Source: a candidate division FCPU426 bacterium
GTDB lineage: Bacteria; Oederibacteriota; Muellerivitia; Muellerivitales; Muellerivitaceae
NCBI GenBank assembly: GCA_963719085.1
Contig: CAVRAL010000004.1
Coordinates: forward strand, 354,196-418,195
Direction: 5' to 3'
Length of the DNA stretch: 64,000 nt
A program made the translations under genes and the position numbers. The first letter of the stretch is position 1. Each line of letters begins with the position of its first letter. Shown here piece by piece: positions 9,870 to 18,746 of this stretch. A model generated the notes under the pieces. The model was not told where the DNA came from. It worked only from the letters and a program-made list of their open reading frames with translations, and did no database searches.

Positions 9870-10553
9870 TTATTTTTCGTCGACCGAAGGCGGCCGAAGA
9901 TAGAGCGGATGGAGATTTTCCAAGGTCGGCCGCTCCCCCGCCTGCCAGTGCCGATAGGCCAGCCGGGCCACGCTCATGGCGCTGGGTTGATGCAAGGCGG
10001 TGAAAGCGAAGAGTCCTTGGGCGCCCAAAGCCTCCCGAATTTCCCGCTCATATTTTAAAGCGCCCGGACCCACGATCCAGGCCCGTCCTTTAAGCTCGGC
10101 CAGCAATTGCTCGGGCTTCAGTATCCGCGGCGGGTCCAAAGGCCGGATCTGGTCCGGATCAATCAGGTAATGCCCCACGTAACACTCCCCCCGCTGGGCG
10201 TCAATCAGGGCCAGGGCCTCGCCTTGCAGTTCGGCGTTTCGAAGGTTCTCCGCCAGCGCGTCCAAAGTGGGTATGCCAAAAGCCAAAAGGTTCGAGGGAA
10301 GGCAAAGCCCCTCCGCCGTGGCGATGCCCACCCGGATGCCGGTAAAACTGCCCGGCCCGACCGCCACCGCCACCGCGTCCAAGTCCTGGGGCCCGGCGCC
10401 CTTTTGGGACAAAAGCGATTCCATGGCCGGGATTAAGGTGACCGAGCTTTCCCAATCCGCCGGCAGATGCACCTCGGCCAGTTCCTCGCCGGTGATGAGG
10501 TCCAGCAGCGCGACGCTTGAAATTCGGGTGGAGACTTCTATAGCGGCCAGCAT
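9870..10553 (-). CDS. tsaB: tRNA threonylcarbamoyladenosine biosynthesis protein TsaB
   Basis: 227 aa. Inactive Kae1/YeaZ fold (ALLDLITGE...VAVAVGPGSFTGIRVG). Confidence 0.85.
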   Translation of the reverse strand: MLAAIEVSTRISSVALLDLITGEELAEVHLPADWESSVTLIPAMESLLSQKGAGPQDLDAVAVAVGPGSFTGIRVGIATAEGLCLPSNLLAFGIPTLDALAENLRNAELQGEALALIDAQRGECYVGHYLIDPDQIRPLDPPRILKPEQLLAELKGRAWIVGPGALKYEREIREALGAQGLFAFTALHQPSAMSVARLAYRHWQAGERPTLENLHPLYLRPPSVDEK

Positions 10554-11011
10554 TTAAGAATCTCCTCGAGTCGGCTTTGACAGTCCGGATGGACCGCTTC
10601 TAAAATAATCCTTCTTTTTTCCTCGTCTAAAATTTCCAGGAACAATTTCAAGGTTTTCGGGGGGAACAGCTTGGGAAACTTGTCGCCCCATTCCACCACC
10701 GTCACGCCGCCCCGCTCGACCCATTCACCCCATCCCAGGTCCTCGACCTCGGCGGGTTTGCTCAAACGATACCAGTCGAAATGATAAAGCGGCACGGCCG
10801 CGGGATAAATATTTTGAAGGTTGAAGGTGGGCGAGGTCACCGGCCCCGCAAAGCCCATTCCGGAGGCCAGGCCCTTCACGAAATGCGTTTTCCCCGCGCC
10901 CAAAGGCCCGATCAAATTCCAAACTTCCCCCGGCTTCGCCCCGCTTCCCACCAAGCGGCCCAATTGAAAGGTCTCCTCGGGGGTTTCGATCATGAAACTT
11001 CCGGTCAGCAA
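10538..11011 (-). CDS. tsaE: tRNA t6A ATPase TsaE
   Basis: 157 aa. P-loop GPLGAGKTHFVKG and SPTFNLQNIY...LYHFDWYRL signature. 16-nt overlap with tsaB. Confidence 0.85.
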   Translation of the reverse strand: MLTGSFMIETPEETFQLGRLVGSGAKPGEVWNLIGPLGAGKTHFVKGLASGMGFAGPVTSPTFNLQNIYPAAVPLYHFDWYRLSKPAEVEDLGWGEWVERGGVTVVEWGDKFPKLFPPKTLKLFLEILDEEKRRIILEAVHPDCQSRLEEILKCWPL

Positions 11012-11036
11012 TGGTTTTTCCTTGGGAGTTGGATTC

Positions 11037-12065
11037 TTATGATTTCGCGGGGAAATGATCGAACCCCCCCGACTTGAGGGGTTTCACTTGGCCGGTACGG
11101 GTAATAAAAGTGACGCCTTTGGCTTTGGGCACCACGCGCCCAATGGCCTTGACCGAATCCCCGGTCTGGGAGGGCATTTTCTGGACGACGTCGGATATTT
11201 TCGTCAAGGGCACGGTAAAAAGCAGTTCATAGTCTTCCCCGCCGTTCAGGGCGAACTCGATCGGGTCCAGTTTGCGCTCGGGGCAAAAATGAAGCAGGGA
11301 GTCCGAGAGGGGCAAGGCTTCCTCGTGAATTTCAATCCCCACGCCCGAGGCCTCGCACAAATGGTGAATTTCGCTGGAAAGCCCATCGGATAAATCAATC
11401 GCCGACGAGGCCGCTTGATGGGTTGAAAGATAACGGCCCGCCACGAACCGGGGAATGGGGGTCAAATGGCGTTTGATGAGCAGTGACTCCGCTTCTTTGC
11501 CCTTGGACGAGGGATGAAGAATGGCTTCCAAACCCGCCGCCGAATCGCCCAAGGTTCCTGTCACGAAAAGCGCGTCCCCGACTTTGGCGCCCGATCGTTT
11601 GAGGGCTTTGCCGTTTTCCACTTCCCCGAGCAAAGCCACGTTCACCACGAATTGGTCCGCGCCCACGGTGTCGCCCCCCACGATCTGAACCCCAAACTGC
11701 CCGCCCCAGCCCTTCATCCCTTCGTAAAACGATTCCAGAAACGCCAGCTCGAAATTCGGCGGCACCCCCAAGGAAACCACCGCCGCGGTGGGCTTGGCGC
11801 CCATGGCGGCGCAATCGCTGATATTGACGGCCAGCGTTTTGGCGCCAAGCTCCCAAGCCGAAATATATTTGAAATCAAAGTGACGGCCTTCCACCAGCAT
11901 GTCGGTGGTGAAAACCATCTCATGGCCCGCCGAGGGTTTTAAAATAGCCGCGTCATCGCCTATACCTAAAATGACTGATGGATTTTTGGCCTTGAGCGCG
12001 GCCTTTATTTTATCGATGAACCCAAACTCGCCGACCGATTCCAAAGTCTTCTTTTTATCCGTCAA
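11037..12065 (-). CDS. thiL: thiamine-monophosphate kinase
   Basis: 342 aa. GDDAAIL...DMLVEGRHF...NISDCAAMGAKP AIR-synthase-related fold. Confidence 0.85.
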   Translation of the reverse strand: MTDKKKTLESVGEFGFIDKIKAALKAKNPSVILGIGDDAAILKPSAGHEMVFTTDMLVEGRHFDFKYISAWELGAKTLAVNISDCAAMGAKPTAAVVSLGVPPNFELAFLESFYEGMKGWGGQFGVQIVGGDTVGADQFVVNVALLGEVENGKALKRSGAKVGDALFVTGTLGDSAAGLEAILHPSSKGKEAESLLIKRHLTPIPRFVAGRYLSTHQAASSAIDLSDGLSSEIHHLCEASGVGIEIHEEALPLSDSLLHFCPERKLDPIEFALNGGEDYELLFTVPLTKISDVVQKMPSQTGDSVKAIGRVVPKAKGVTFITRTGQVKPLKSGGFDHFPAKS

Positions 12066-12080
12066 GGCTTCTTCCTTTTA

Positions 12081-13286
12081 TTAAGTCGTGTAGCGTCCGT
12101 TGATGTCGATATAGCCGTCGGTCAAGTCACAGGTATAAACCGTCGATTTTCCCTTGCCCAGCCGCAGATCCACCCGGATCGCGATTTCTTTTTTTTGAAG
12201 GATGCTTTTAAGCTTGGCCCGCGACCACCCCTTCTTGGGGGCCCCATCGTAAAGCCGGTAGCCTCCAATAGAAACCATGGCCTTAAATTCATCGACCGCC
12301 GCGCCCGAATAACCCACCGCCGTCAGGATACGGCCCCAATTGGGATCGGCGCCGAAAACCGCGGTCTTCACTAAAGGCGATTTCGCCACCGCCATGGCGG
12401 CCAAAAGCGCCTCCGCGTCACTTTTCGCGCCGGTGATCTCCACCGTCACAAACTTGGTCGCGCCTTCCCCGTCCCGAATGACGGCTTGGGCCAGATCCAG
12501 GCAAACCGCTTGAAGGGCCTTTAAAAATTCTCGGTAATCGGCGCCGCCCGCCCGCGTGATGGGCTTGGAACCGGAGGCCCCGTTGGCCAAAACCACCACG
12601 GAGTCACTGGGCGAGGTATCGCCGTCCACCGTGATTCGGTTAAAACTCATGGCCGTCGCTTCCCGGAGCGCTTGTTTCAAGACCGGCTTGAAGATGGAGG
12701 CGTCGGTCAGCACATAGGCCAACATGGTGGCCATATTGGGATGGATCATGCCCGAACCCTTGGCGAATCCGGTCATCCAGGCGGGTTTGCCGCCGGGGAA
12801 AAAAGCCCGGGCGCTGGTTTTGACCACCAGATCGGTCGTGAGAATGGCCCTGGCGAATTCAGGCCCGCCTTCGGAATGAAGCGCGGCCGTCCCTAAGGCG
12901 ACGCCTTTTCTAATTTTGGGCCGGGGCACGGGCACCCCGATGACGCCGGTGGAATGGACCAAAACCTCCTGGGGGGAAATTTTTAAACTTCGCGCGGCCC
13001 ACTTGGCCGTATCCGCGGCGTCCCGGTAGCCCTGCTTGCCCGTCAAATCATTGGCGTATTTGGTGTTCACCACCACAGCCTTAAGTGATTTTCCTTTTTT
13101 TAAGAGTTCTTCCGTCCGCCGGGCCGGGGCCGATTTGACCGCGTTGCGGGTGACCATGCCCGCCCAAACGGCGGGGCGGCTGGTATAAAGAAATCCCATA
13201 TCCAATTGGGAGTTGCTTTTGAGCCCCGCGTGCACACCGGAGGCGAGAAAACCCAATGGCAGGGGAAAGGGAGTAGAAGTCTTCAT
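12081..13286 (-). CDS. argJ: bifunctional glutamate N-acetyltransferase / amino-acid acetyltransferase
   Basis: 401 aa. ATMLAYVLTDA autoprocessing site and overall ArgJ fold. Confidence 0.9.
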   Translation of the reverse strand: MKTSTPFPLPLGFLASGVHAGLKSNSQLDMGFLYTSRPAVWAGMVTRNAVKSAPARRTEELLKKGKSLKAVVVNTKYANDLTGKQGYRDAADTAKWAARSLKISPQEVLVHSTGVIGVPVPRPKIRKGVALGTAALHSEGGPEFARAILTTDLVVKTSARAFFPGGKPAWMTGFAKGSGMIHPNMATMLAYVLTDASIFKPVLKQALREATAMSFNRITVDGDTSPSDSVVVLANGASGSKPITRAGGADYREFLKALQAVCLDLAQAVIRDGEGATKFVTVEITGAKSDAEALLAAMAVAKSPLVKTAVFGADPNWGRILTAVGYSGAAVDEFKAMVSIGGYRLYDGAPKKGWSRAKLKSILQKKEIAIRVDLRLGKGKSTVYTCDLTDGYIDINGRYTT

Positions 13287-13396
13287 ATGGATTCCTTGTT
13301 GGCGAGGATCGGTGATCAGGCATTGTAGGCTTTGACAAAAAACGTGTCAAACCCGTACCATTGGACCGTTTTCAGATTCAAAATCTTAAGCAAACC

Positions 13397-13505
13397 TTTT
13401 CACCGCCAAGACGCCAATTTCGCCAATAGCAACAAAAGACTCAATTTCGCGGGATTTTAATCACCATCCATTATTTCGCTTTTCTTGGCGTCTTGGCGGT
13501 GAAAA
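13397..13505. repeat. MITE-like repeat copy 1: 20-bp perfect terminal inverted repeats ttttcaccgccaagacgccaa / ttggcgtcttggcggtgaaaa flanking ~65 bp
   Basis: Seen directly; related copies at 41320-41400 and 51572-51677. Confidence 0.6.
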
Positions 13506-13538
13506 CTTGTTTTAGCGCGTTTTGATAAAAAGGAGCCT

Positions 13539-14190
13539 AATGAAACTCGATGCCGTGTTGTTTGACCTGGACGGAACCCTCATCGACTCAAAAAAAGACA
13601 TCGCCGCCGCGGCCAACGCCGCCCGGATCCATTTCGGCATGCCCGCCCTTCCCTTGGAAGTGGCGACGGGGTTTATCGGCTGGGGCATTGATCATTTGAA
13701 TAAAAAGGCCCTGGAAACGGATGACCCCCAAAAACTGGCGGAAGGACTCGCGGTTTTGCAGGACTATTATCGGGAACATTGTGTCGACCTGACGGTCGTC
13801 TTTCCCGGCGTCTTCGAGTTGTTGAACTACTTAAAAGACCGTGGAATTAAAATGGGCCTGGTCTCCAACAAACCCCATGAGTTCACTTTAATCACTTTGG
13901 AAAAACTCAAATTAAGCCCTTACTTCGGCGTGGTCTTTGGCGCCGACGCCACCGAGTTTAAAAAACCCCATCCCGGGCCCTTGCGGGAAGCCTTAAAAAA
14001 GCTGGGGGCTTTGGCGGAAAACTCCGTCATGATCGGCGACTCGCCGGTTGACGCCCAAGCCGCCCAAGCCGTCCCCATGCGGGTGGGATTAGTGACCCAT
14101 GGATTTGTGGACCCGGTCTATCTCAAGGAAGCAAAACCGCAATGGGAAGTCAGCTCTCTGCTGGAATTTATCGGTCTATTTCAAAGCTGA
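13539..14190 (+). CDS. HAD-superfamily hydrolase (phosphoglycolate-phosphatase-like)
   Basis: MKLDAVLFDLDGTLIDS motif I (DxDGT), GLVSNK motif, C-terminal IGDS..D motif. aaaggag RBS 8 nt upstream of the ATG at 13539 (the ORF track's 13522 start is an upstream non-ATG alternative). Confidence 0.8.
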
Positions 14191-14288
14191 CGAATCCCGC
14201 ATGCCTACGAGCGAAGCGAATTGCGGGAGAAGTCATCTCTCTGCTGGAATTTATCAGTCTATTTAAATAAAAGACCGGCTCATCTAAT

Positions 14289-15716
14289 TTAAAAAAACGC
14301 GCCAAAGGAAATGCCGCCCTCAAAACCGCTCAAGTCCATCCCTAATGGACGGGAATTGGGCGCGGGCGTGGAACCATCCGGAAGCACGGTAATGGAATCC
14401 TGCCCGTTAATAGGATTTGGGGCCATTTCCAAAGTGCCATGGCCGTTGGGTTGGGGGCTGTTGATATAGGTGGCGTTTCCGGTGAATTGGGTGGGCGAGG
14501 CGAAATTGTAGGCGAAAAAGGGCGTAATCACAAAAGTATCGTCCAAATGCAAATCCGCTCCCGCCTTAAAAAGCGCCCCCACACTGGTGCCCGAATAGGT
14601 CCCGGAAACCTTGGTGGCGTTCCCGGAAACCGTATCCGTTGAGTTGTAATCAATCGAGATGGGCTCCATAAAAGGCGCCACTAAAATAAAAGGCTCAAAG
14701 CCCCCGGTAAAAATCAAATACTTCAAACTGAAGCCGATCGATAGGGCGCTGATCAAGGAAGACTCCACGTGCGAATCGCTTCCGCTTTGGTTGGAGACGC
14801 TGTCGGAAGCCGCCCCCACGGGAAAAAAGGAAAAGGGAATCCCAATTTGAAGATTTTTGGTTAATTTCAACACCGGTTCCAGCCCCACGCGCAGGCCGCC
14901 TTCGGGCACCGAACCCGTAAAGCTGAAGGTCGGATCCGAAAGCTGTTCTTGTTGGGCCGCGTTTTGCCAGGTCTTCGCGTTGGTCTCAAAGTCGCTCAAA
15001 TTTACCAGGTCAAAAGCCGGCTCCAAATAACCGCCGAAGGGTTTGTCGATGGTGGTGCCCGAGACCGGAGCGCCCGGCGCCATGCCCGAGGCGCTCAATT
15101 GGGCGTCCACCCATAATTGGTCCGCCGGCTGCAGCCGGCCCCGAAGTTGATAAGCGTAATAAGCCACCGGCGGGTCAGGATGCAGATAATTATATTGGTC
15201 CAAGGCGACGGCCCCTTCCTTAAAATTTCCAATCTGAACCTGGGCCAACCCTAAATATTGGTAAGCGTCCGCGTCTTTGGGTTTGGCCTGGATGTCGTTT
15301 TGAAAATAAGGAATCGAGGCGGCGTATTGCTTTTGGTTATAAAGCGCCACCCCTTGCTGAACCAGGGTGGGAGTGGCGGCCCGCGCCGCGCCGATGCGCG
15401 CTTGAAGCGATTGGACGAAAGAAGCTAATTGGGTGTTGGAAGGCTGGAGCGCCTGCAATTTACGGTAATCGGCCAAAGCCTCGGCATACTGGCCCAGGGC
15501 ATAGTGGCAATTCCCGGAACCCATCAGGGCCGCGGGGTCCTGAGGATCCGATTGAAGGGCCAGCTCGTAATATTCCTGGGCCTGGTCATAAACGCGGGAG
15601 TGGTAAAGTTGAAGGCCCGCGTTGTCGTATTCGGTCGCGGCGGAACCATAAACCTTCGAGCTTAAAAACGCCGCTCCCGTGAAAAATAAAAAAAATAAAT
15701 AAACCAACGGCTTCAT
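14289..15716 (-). CDS. TPR-repeat protein with C-terminal outer-membrane beta-barrel-like domain
   Basis: 475 aa. Signal peptide, ~200 aa of TPR repeats, then ~240-aa Gly/Ser/Thr-rich beta-strand region ending ...GGISFGAFF (canonical OMP C-terminal aromatic signature). Confidence 0.65.
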   Translation of the reverse strand: MKPLVYLFFLFFTGAAFLSSKVYGSAATEYDNAGLQLYHSRVYDQAQEYYELALQSDPQDPAALMGSGNCHYALGQYAEALADYRKLQALQPSNTQLASFVQSLQARIGAARAATPTLVQQGVALYNQKQYAASIPYFQNDIQAKPKDADAYQYLGLAQVQIGNFKEGAVALDQYNYLHPDPPVAYYAYQLRGRLQPADQLWVDAQLSASGMAPGAPVSGTTIDKPFGGYLEPAFDLVNLSDFETNAKTWQNAAQQEQLSDPTFSFTGSVPEGGLRVGLEPVLKLTKNLQIGIPFSFFPVGAASDSVSNQSGSDSHVESSLISALSIGFSLKYLIFTGGFEPFILVAPFMEPISIDYNSTDTVSGNATKVSGTYSGTSVGALFKAGADLHLDDTFVITPFFAYNFASPTQFTGNATYINSPQPNGHGTLEMAPNPINGQDSITVLPDGSTPAPNSRPLGMDLSGFEGGISFGAFF

Positions 15717-15760
15717 AGTCGCGTCCCCTCTTCAAAGATAAGACGATTATATTCAAGTTT

Positions 15761-16582
15761 TTAACTTTGGGCGTTTTCCCGGCCCAAAATCGCTTTTTTG
15801 CGCGCGCTTCCCCAACGGTATTCCCCCAAAACCCCCGTCTCCCGGATGACCCGGTGGCAGGGAATCAGATAGCCGATCGGATTTTGCCCCACCGCGCTTC
15901 CCACGGCGCGGGAAGCCCCCGGATTTCCCACATAGCGGGCCAAGTCGCCGTAGGAAACGAGCGCTTTTTCAGGAACACGTAAAAGCGCCTCCCATACCTT
16001 GATCTGAAAAGAGGTGCCCGTTAAAAATAAACGAAGCTTTTGCTTTTTCCGGCCGAATAAAAGTTTTCCGGTTTTTTTCGCCAGGCCCGGGTTTGGCTTA
16101 AAAACCGCGGCGGGCCAGCGTTTTTTCAATTCCGCCAGGGCCGGCTTCAAGCCCTTGGCGTCCAGGAATAAAAGTCCGCACAAGCCCCGCGGGGCCAAGG
16201 CCAGCACGCACTCCCCAAACGGCGACTCACAGGTCCCAAATTCAATGGCCAGGCCCCGGCCCCGGTTTTTGTAATCGCCGGGCGTCATGGCCTCCACGGA
16301 GACCAACAAATCGTGAAGGCGCCCGGGGGAGGTGAGCCCCGACTCAAAGGCGGCGTCCAAAACATTTTTGGATTCCAAAAGTTTTCGTTTGGCGTTTTGG
16401 GCGCTTAAATATTGGGAGAATTGTTTGGGGCTGACGCCCGCCCAACGGCGAAAGAGCCGTTGAAAATGAAAAGGGCTCAAACCCGCTTCCTTGGCCAAAC
16501 GGTTTAAAGGGGGATTCTCCGCGTAGTGGTCGGCGAGATAACGGATGGCTTTTTCAATTCGGATGTAATCGGCTGGATTCAC
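15761..16582 (-). CDS. ada: bifunctional Ada-like protein: AraC-type HTH + O6-methylguanine-DNA methyltransferase
   Basis: 273 aa. N-terminal AraC HTH (LSPFHFQRLFRRWAGVSP). C-terminal MGMT active site ...IPCHRVI... with the helix-turn-wing. Confidence 0.8.
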   Translation of the reverse strand: MNPADYIRIEKAIRYLADHYAENPPLNRLAKEAGLSPFHFQRLFRRWAGVSPKQFSQYLSAQNAKRKLLESKNVLDAAFESGLTSPGRLHDLLVSVEAMTPGDYKNRGRGLAIEFGTCESPFGECVLALAPRGLCGLLFLDAKGLKPALAELKKRWPAAVFKPNPGLAKKTGKLLFGRKKQKLRLFLTGTSFQIKVWEALLRVPEKALVSYGDLARYVGNPGASRAVGSAVGQNPIGYLIPCHRVIRETGVLGEYRWGSARKKAILGRENAQS

Positions 16583-16673
16583 GATAGAGCCTCCGTTGGT
16601 TTCAAGAGGCTACTTTAGGCTTGGGCGCGCTTCGCTTCCACCCGGTTCTTGCGGCGAACAACCCCGAAGGGGG

Positions 16674-16934
16674 TTAGGGCCGCTCCACTTCCTCGACCCA
16701 AACATAAAGCCCGCGGTCTTTTTTGGAAACCGATTTCAACGGAGGGATGCCAACCACCTTGGCCTTTATTTCCTTTTGAGGGAAAAACAGGAGCAATTCC
16801 TCGCCGCCCGAAAGTTCCAACGAGGGTTTGACGGGCTGTCCTTGGAAAAGGACCCGGTGGGCCTCACAAAGCCTTTTGGCCGTCATGCGGGTTTTGGTGA
16901 ATCCCATCAGTTTCAGGAATAAATCAATCCGCAT
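16674..16934 (-). CDS. S4-domain RNA-binding protein (Hsp15/YlmH-like)
   Basis: 86 aa. MRIDLFLKLMGFTKTR...A..L is the S4 fold start. Confidence 0.55.
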   Translation of the reverse strand: MRIDLFLKLMGFTKTRMTAKRLCEAHRVLFQGQPVKPSLELSGGEELLLFFPQKEIKAKVVGIPPLKSVSKKDRGLYVWVEEVERP

Positions 16935-16949
16935 GACGGCCCGCAGGGC

Positions 16950-18746
16950 TTATTTATCCATATAAAAGCGGAGTCCGGCGATGGTTTTCAACCCTGAAAA
17001 GTCCACCTGGTATCCCGGCAAGCTGTAGCCCGCCAGGCCGCCCTTGACCGTTGGATTGATCAACAAACGGCGGTAACCCACGCCCAAATCCAAGGTCCAG
17101 GTTTTCTCGTCGTCCAGGAATATTTCCAAGTCCGCCCCCAATTGGCCGCCCAAATTGGAACCGTCCAAATAAAGGGTTCCCGAATGGGCCCCGCTGAAGA
17201 CCACCGAATTGCCGAACAAGAAGTAATAACCGCCCTGGGCGTAAAGATCCAGGTTCAGGCCGTTCACCAAAGGCAAGAGGAACCGCGGTCCGGCGATCAA
17301 GCCCAAAGCGTTTTCCTGCCAAGTACCTTTGGTCGAGGTGGAGTCGGTGACGTTCTCGTCAAACTTATCCATGACTTGAAACAAAGCGCCCAACTGAAGT
17401 TGGGAATCCACGGTAAATTCCACCCCCAAGTCGCCTTCCAGTCCCATGGGCAATCCCTGGCCCACGTTGGTGCCCGGGGTATAATTTTGCGCCAAGTCGC
17501 CCGTACCGGCGAACCAAGGCGAGAGACTTAAATCCAGAGTCACATTGCCTTCGTCGGGCAAGGGGGAATAAATCGGAACCTTCTCAACCGACACCGAATC
17601 GCTGGACACCGCGGAAACCGCCGAAAGGCCCGAGGACGAGTCCGTGACCGGGCCCGCGGAGACCGCCGGGGTTGTGGTATTCGCCGAAGCGTCCACCGGT
17701 TGGGCGGCCAGCGCGGGCGCCGCCGCGTTCAAGGAATCGTAGGGCAAGGCCGTGTCCGAACCGGCGGTGAGGTCTTTGCTGTATTGGACATAAACTTTTT
17801 TCTTCAGCGATTCCACCCAGTCCTTCAAGGCCTGGTCTTGGTTGGTCTTGCGCAATTGGTCCTTGATTTCGGACGCCACCGAGGCGAAGTCCGATTGTCC
17901 GCGCGAGAGCACCTTGACGATATAAATGCCGTCGGCGCCCGAAATCAGGGAAAGCCCCCCCACGGGGGTGGCGAAAACGCCCTTGGCCAACTGCGGTTCC
18001 AGCTCGGACTTGGACACTGTGCCGATATCCCCGCCCTTATCGGAGGAACCCTGGTCCTCGGAATATTTTTTCGCGGCTTGGGCGAAATCAGCCCCGGCCT
18101 TCAGTTGGTCCAAAACCTGCTGGGCCTGTGTCCTGACTTCCTTCACCACATCGGGTTTGGCCCCGGGCGAAACGCGGAACAAGATGATGCAAAAATGCGC
18201 CTGATCAAAATCTTCCGTGTGCTGGGTGTAATACTGCTGGGCCTGGTCATCCGACACCACCAAGCTGTCGGGAAGATCGGATTGTTTTTGACGCAGCATA
18301 TGCTGGGCCTTCAACCGCCGGGCCAACTGGCTGCGGAGGTCTTGTTTCAAATCGTCCAAACTCAACCCCTGCGCGTCCAAGGCCTTGTCGAACTCCACCT
18401 CAGTGGCGTAACCCTTTTTCATCTCGTCGATTTGCTCGTCCACCGAGTGGTCGATCTCGGCGTCCGGAACCTCAATTTTTTCGTTGTCGGCCTCGGTGGC
18501 CAGCGCGACCTCCTCGATAAAACCGTTCAACACGTCCTGCCGGGCCTTGGCGTACTCGGGGCTCTTGGCAGCGGGCGTCTTTTGTCCCTGGCTTTGAAAA
18601 TAGGCCTGGATGGACTCTTCCAACTCGCCCTGGGTCATGGTTTCCTGGTTCGCCACCACGGCGATTCCGTCAATCAACTTGGCCCAAAGGGGCGCGGCCA
18701 GAAACGAGACCGCCAGCGTGAAGATCAAAGCTTTCTTATTTATCAT
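16950..18746 (-). CDS. SurA-like periplasmic chaperone / parvulin PPIase with C-terminal ~260-aa beta-rich extension
   Basis: 598 aa. Signal peptide, SurA N-domain, parvulin domain (HFCIILFRV...GGDIGTVSKSEL...), Ala/Ser/Thr-rich linker, then alternating-hydrophobic beta-type segment ending GLRFYMDK. Confidence 0.75.
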   Translation of the reverse strand: MINKKALIFTLAVSFLAAPLWAKLIDGIAVVANQETMTQGELEESIQAYFQSQGQKTPAAKSPEYAKARQDVLNGFIEEVALATEADNEKIEVPDAEIDHSVDEQIDEMKKGYATEVEFDKALDAQGLSLDDLKQDLRSQLARRLKAQHMLRQKQSDLPDSLVVSDDQAQQYYTQHTEDFDQAHFCIILFRVSPGAKPDVVKEVRTQAQQVLDQLKAGADFAQAAKKYSEDQGSSDKGGDIGTVSKSELEPQLAKGVFATPVGGLSLISGADGIYIVKVLSRGQSDFASVASEIKDQLRKTNQDQALKDWVESLKKKVYVQYSKDLTAGSDTALPYDSLNAAAPALAAQPVDASANTTTPAVSAGPVTDSSSGLSAVSAVSSDSVSVEKVPIYSPLPDEGNVTLDLSLSPWFAGTGDLAQNYTPGTNVGQGLPMGLEGDLGVEFTVDSQLQLGALFQVMDKFDENVTDSTSTKGTWQENALGLIAGPRFLLPLVNGLNLDLYAQGGYYFLFGNSVVFSGAHSGTLYLDGSNLGGQLGADLEIFLDDEKTWTLDLGVGYRRLLINPTVKGGLAGYSLPGYQVDFSGLKTIAGLRFYMDK

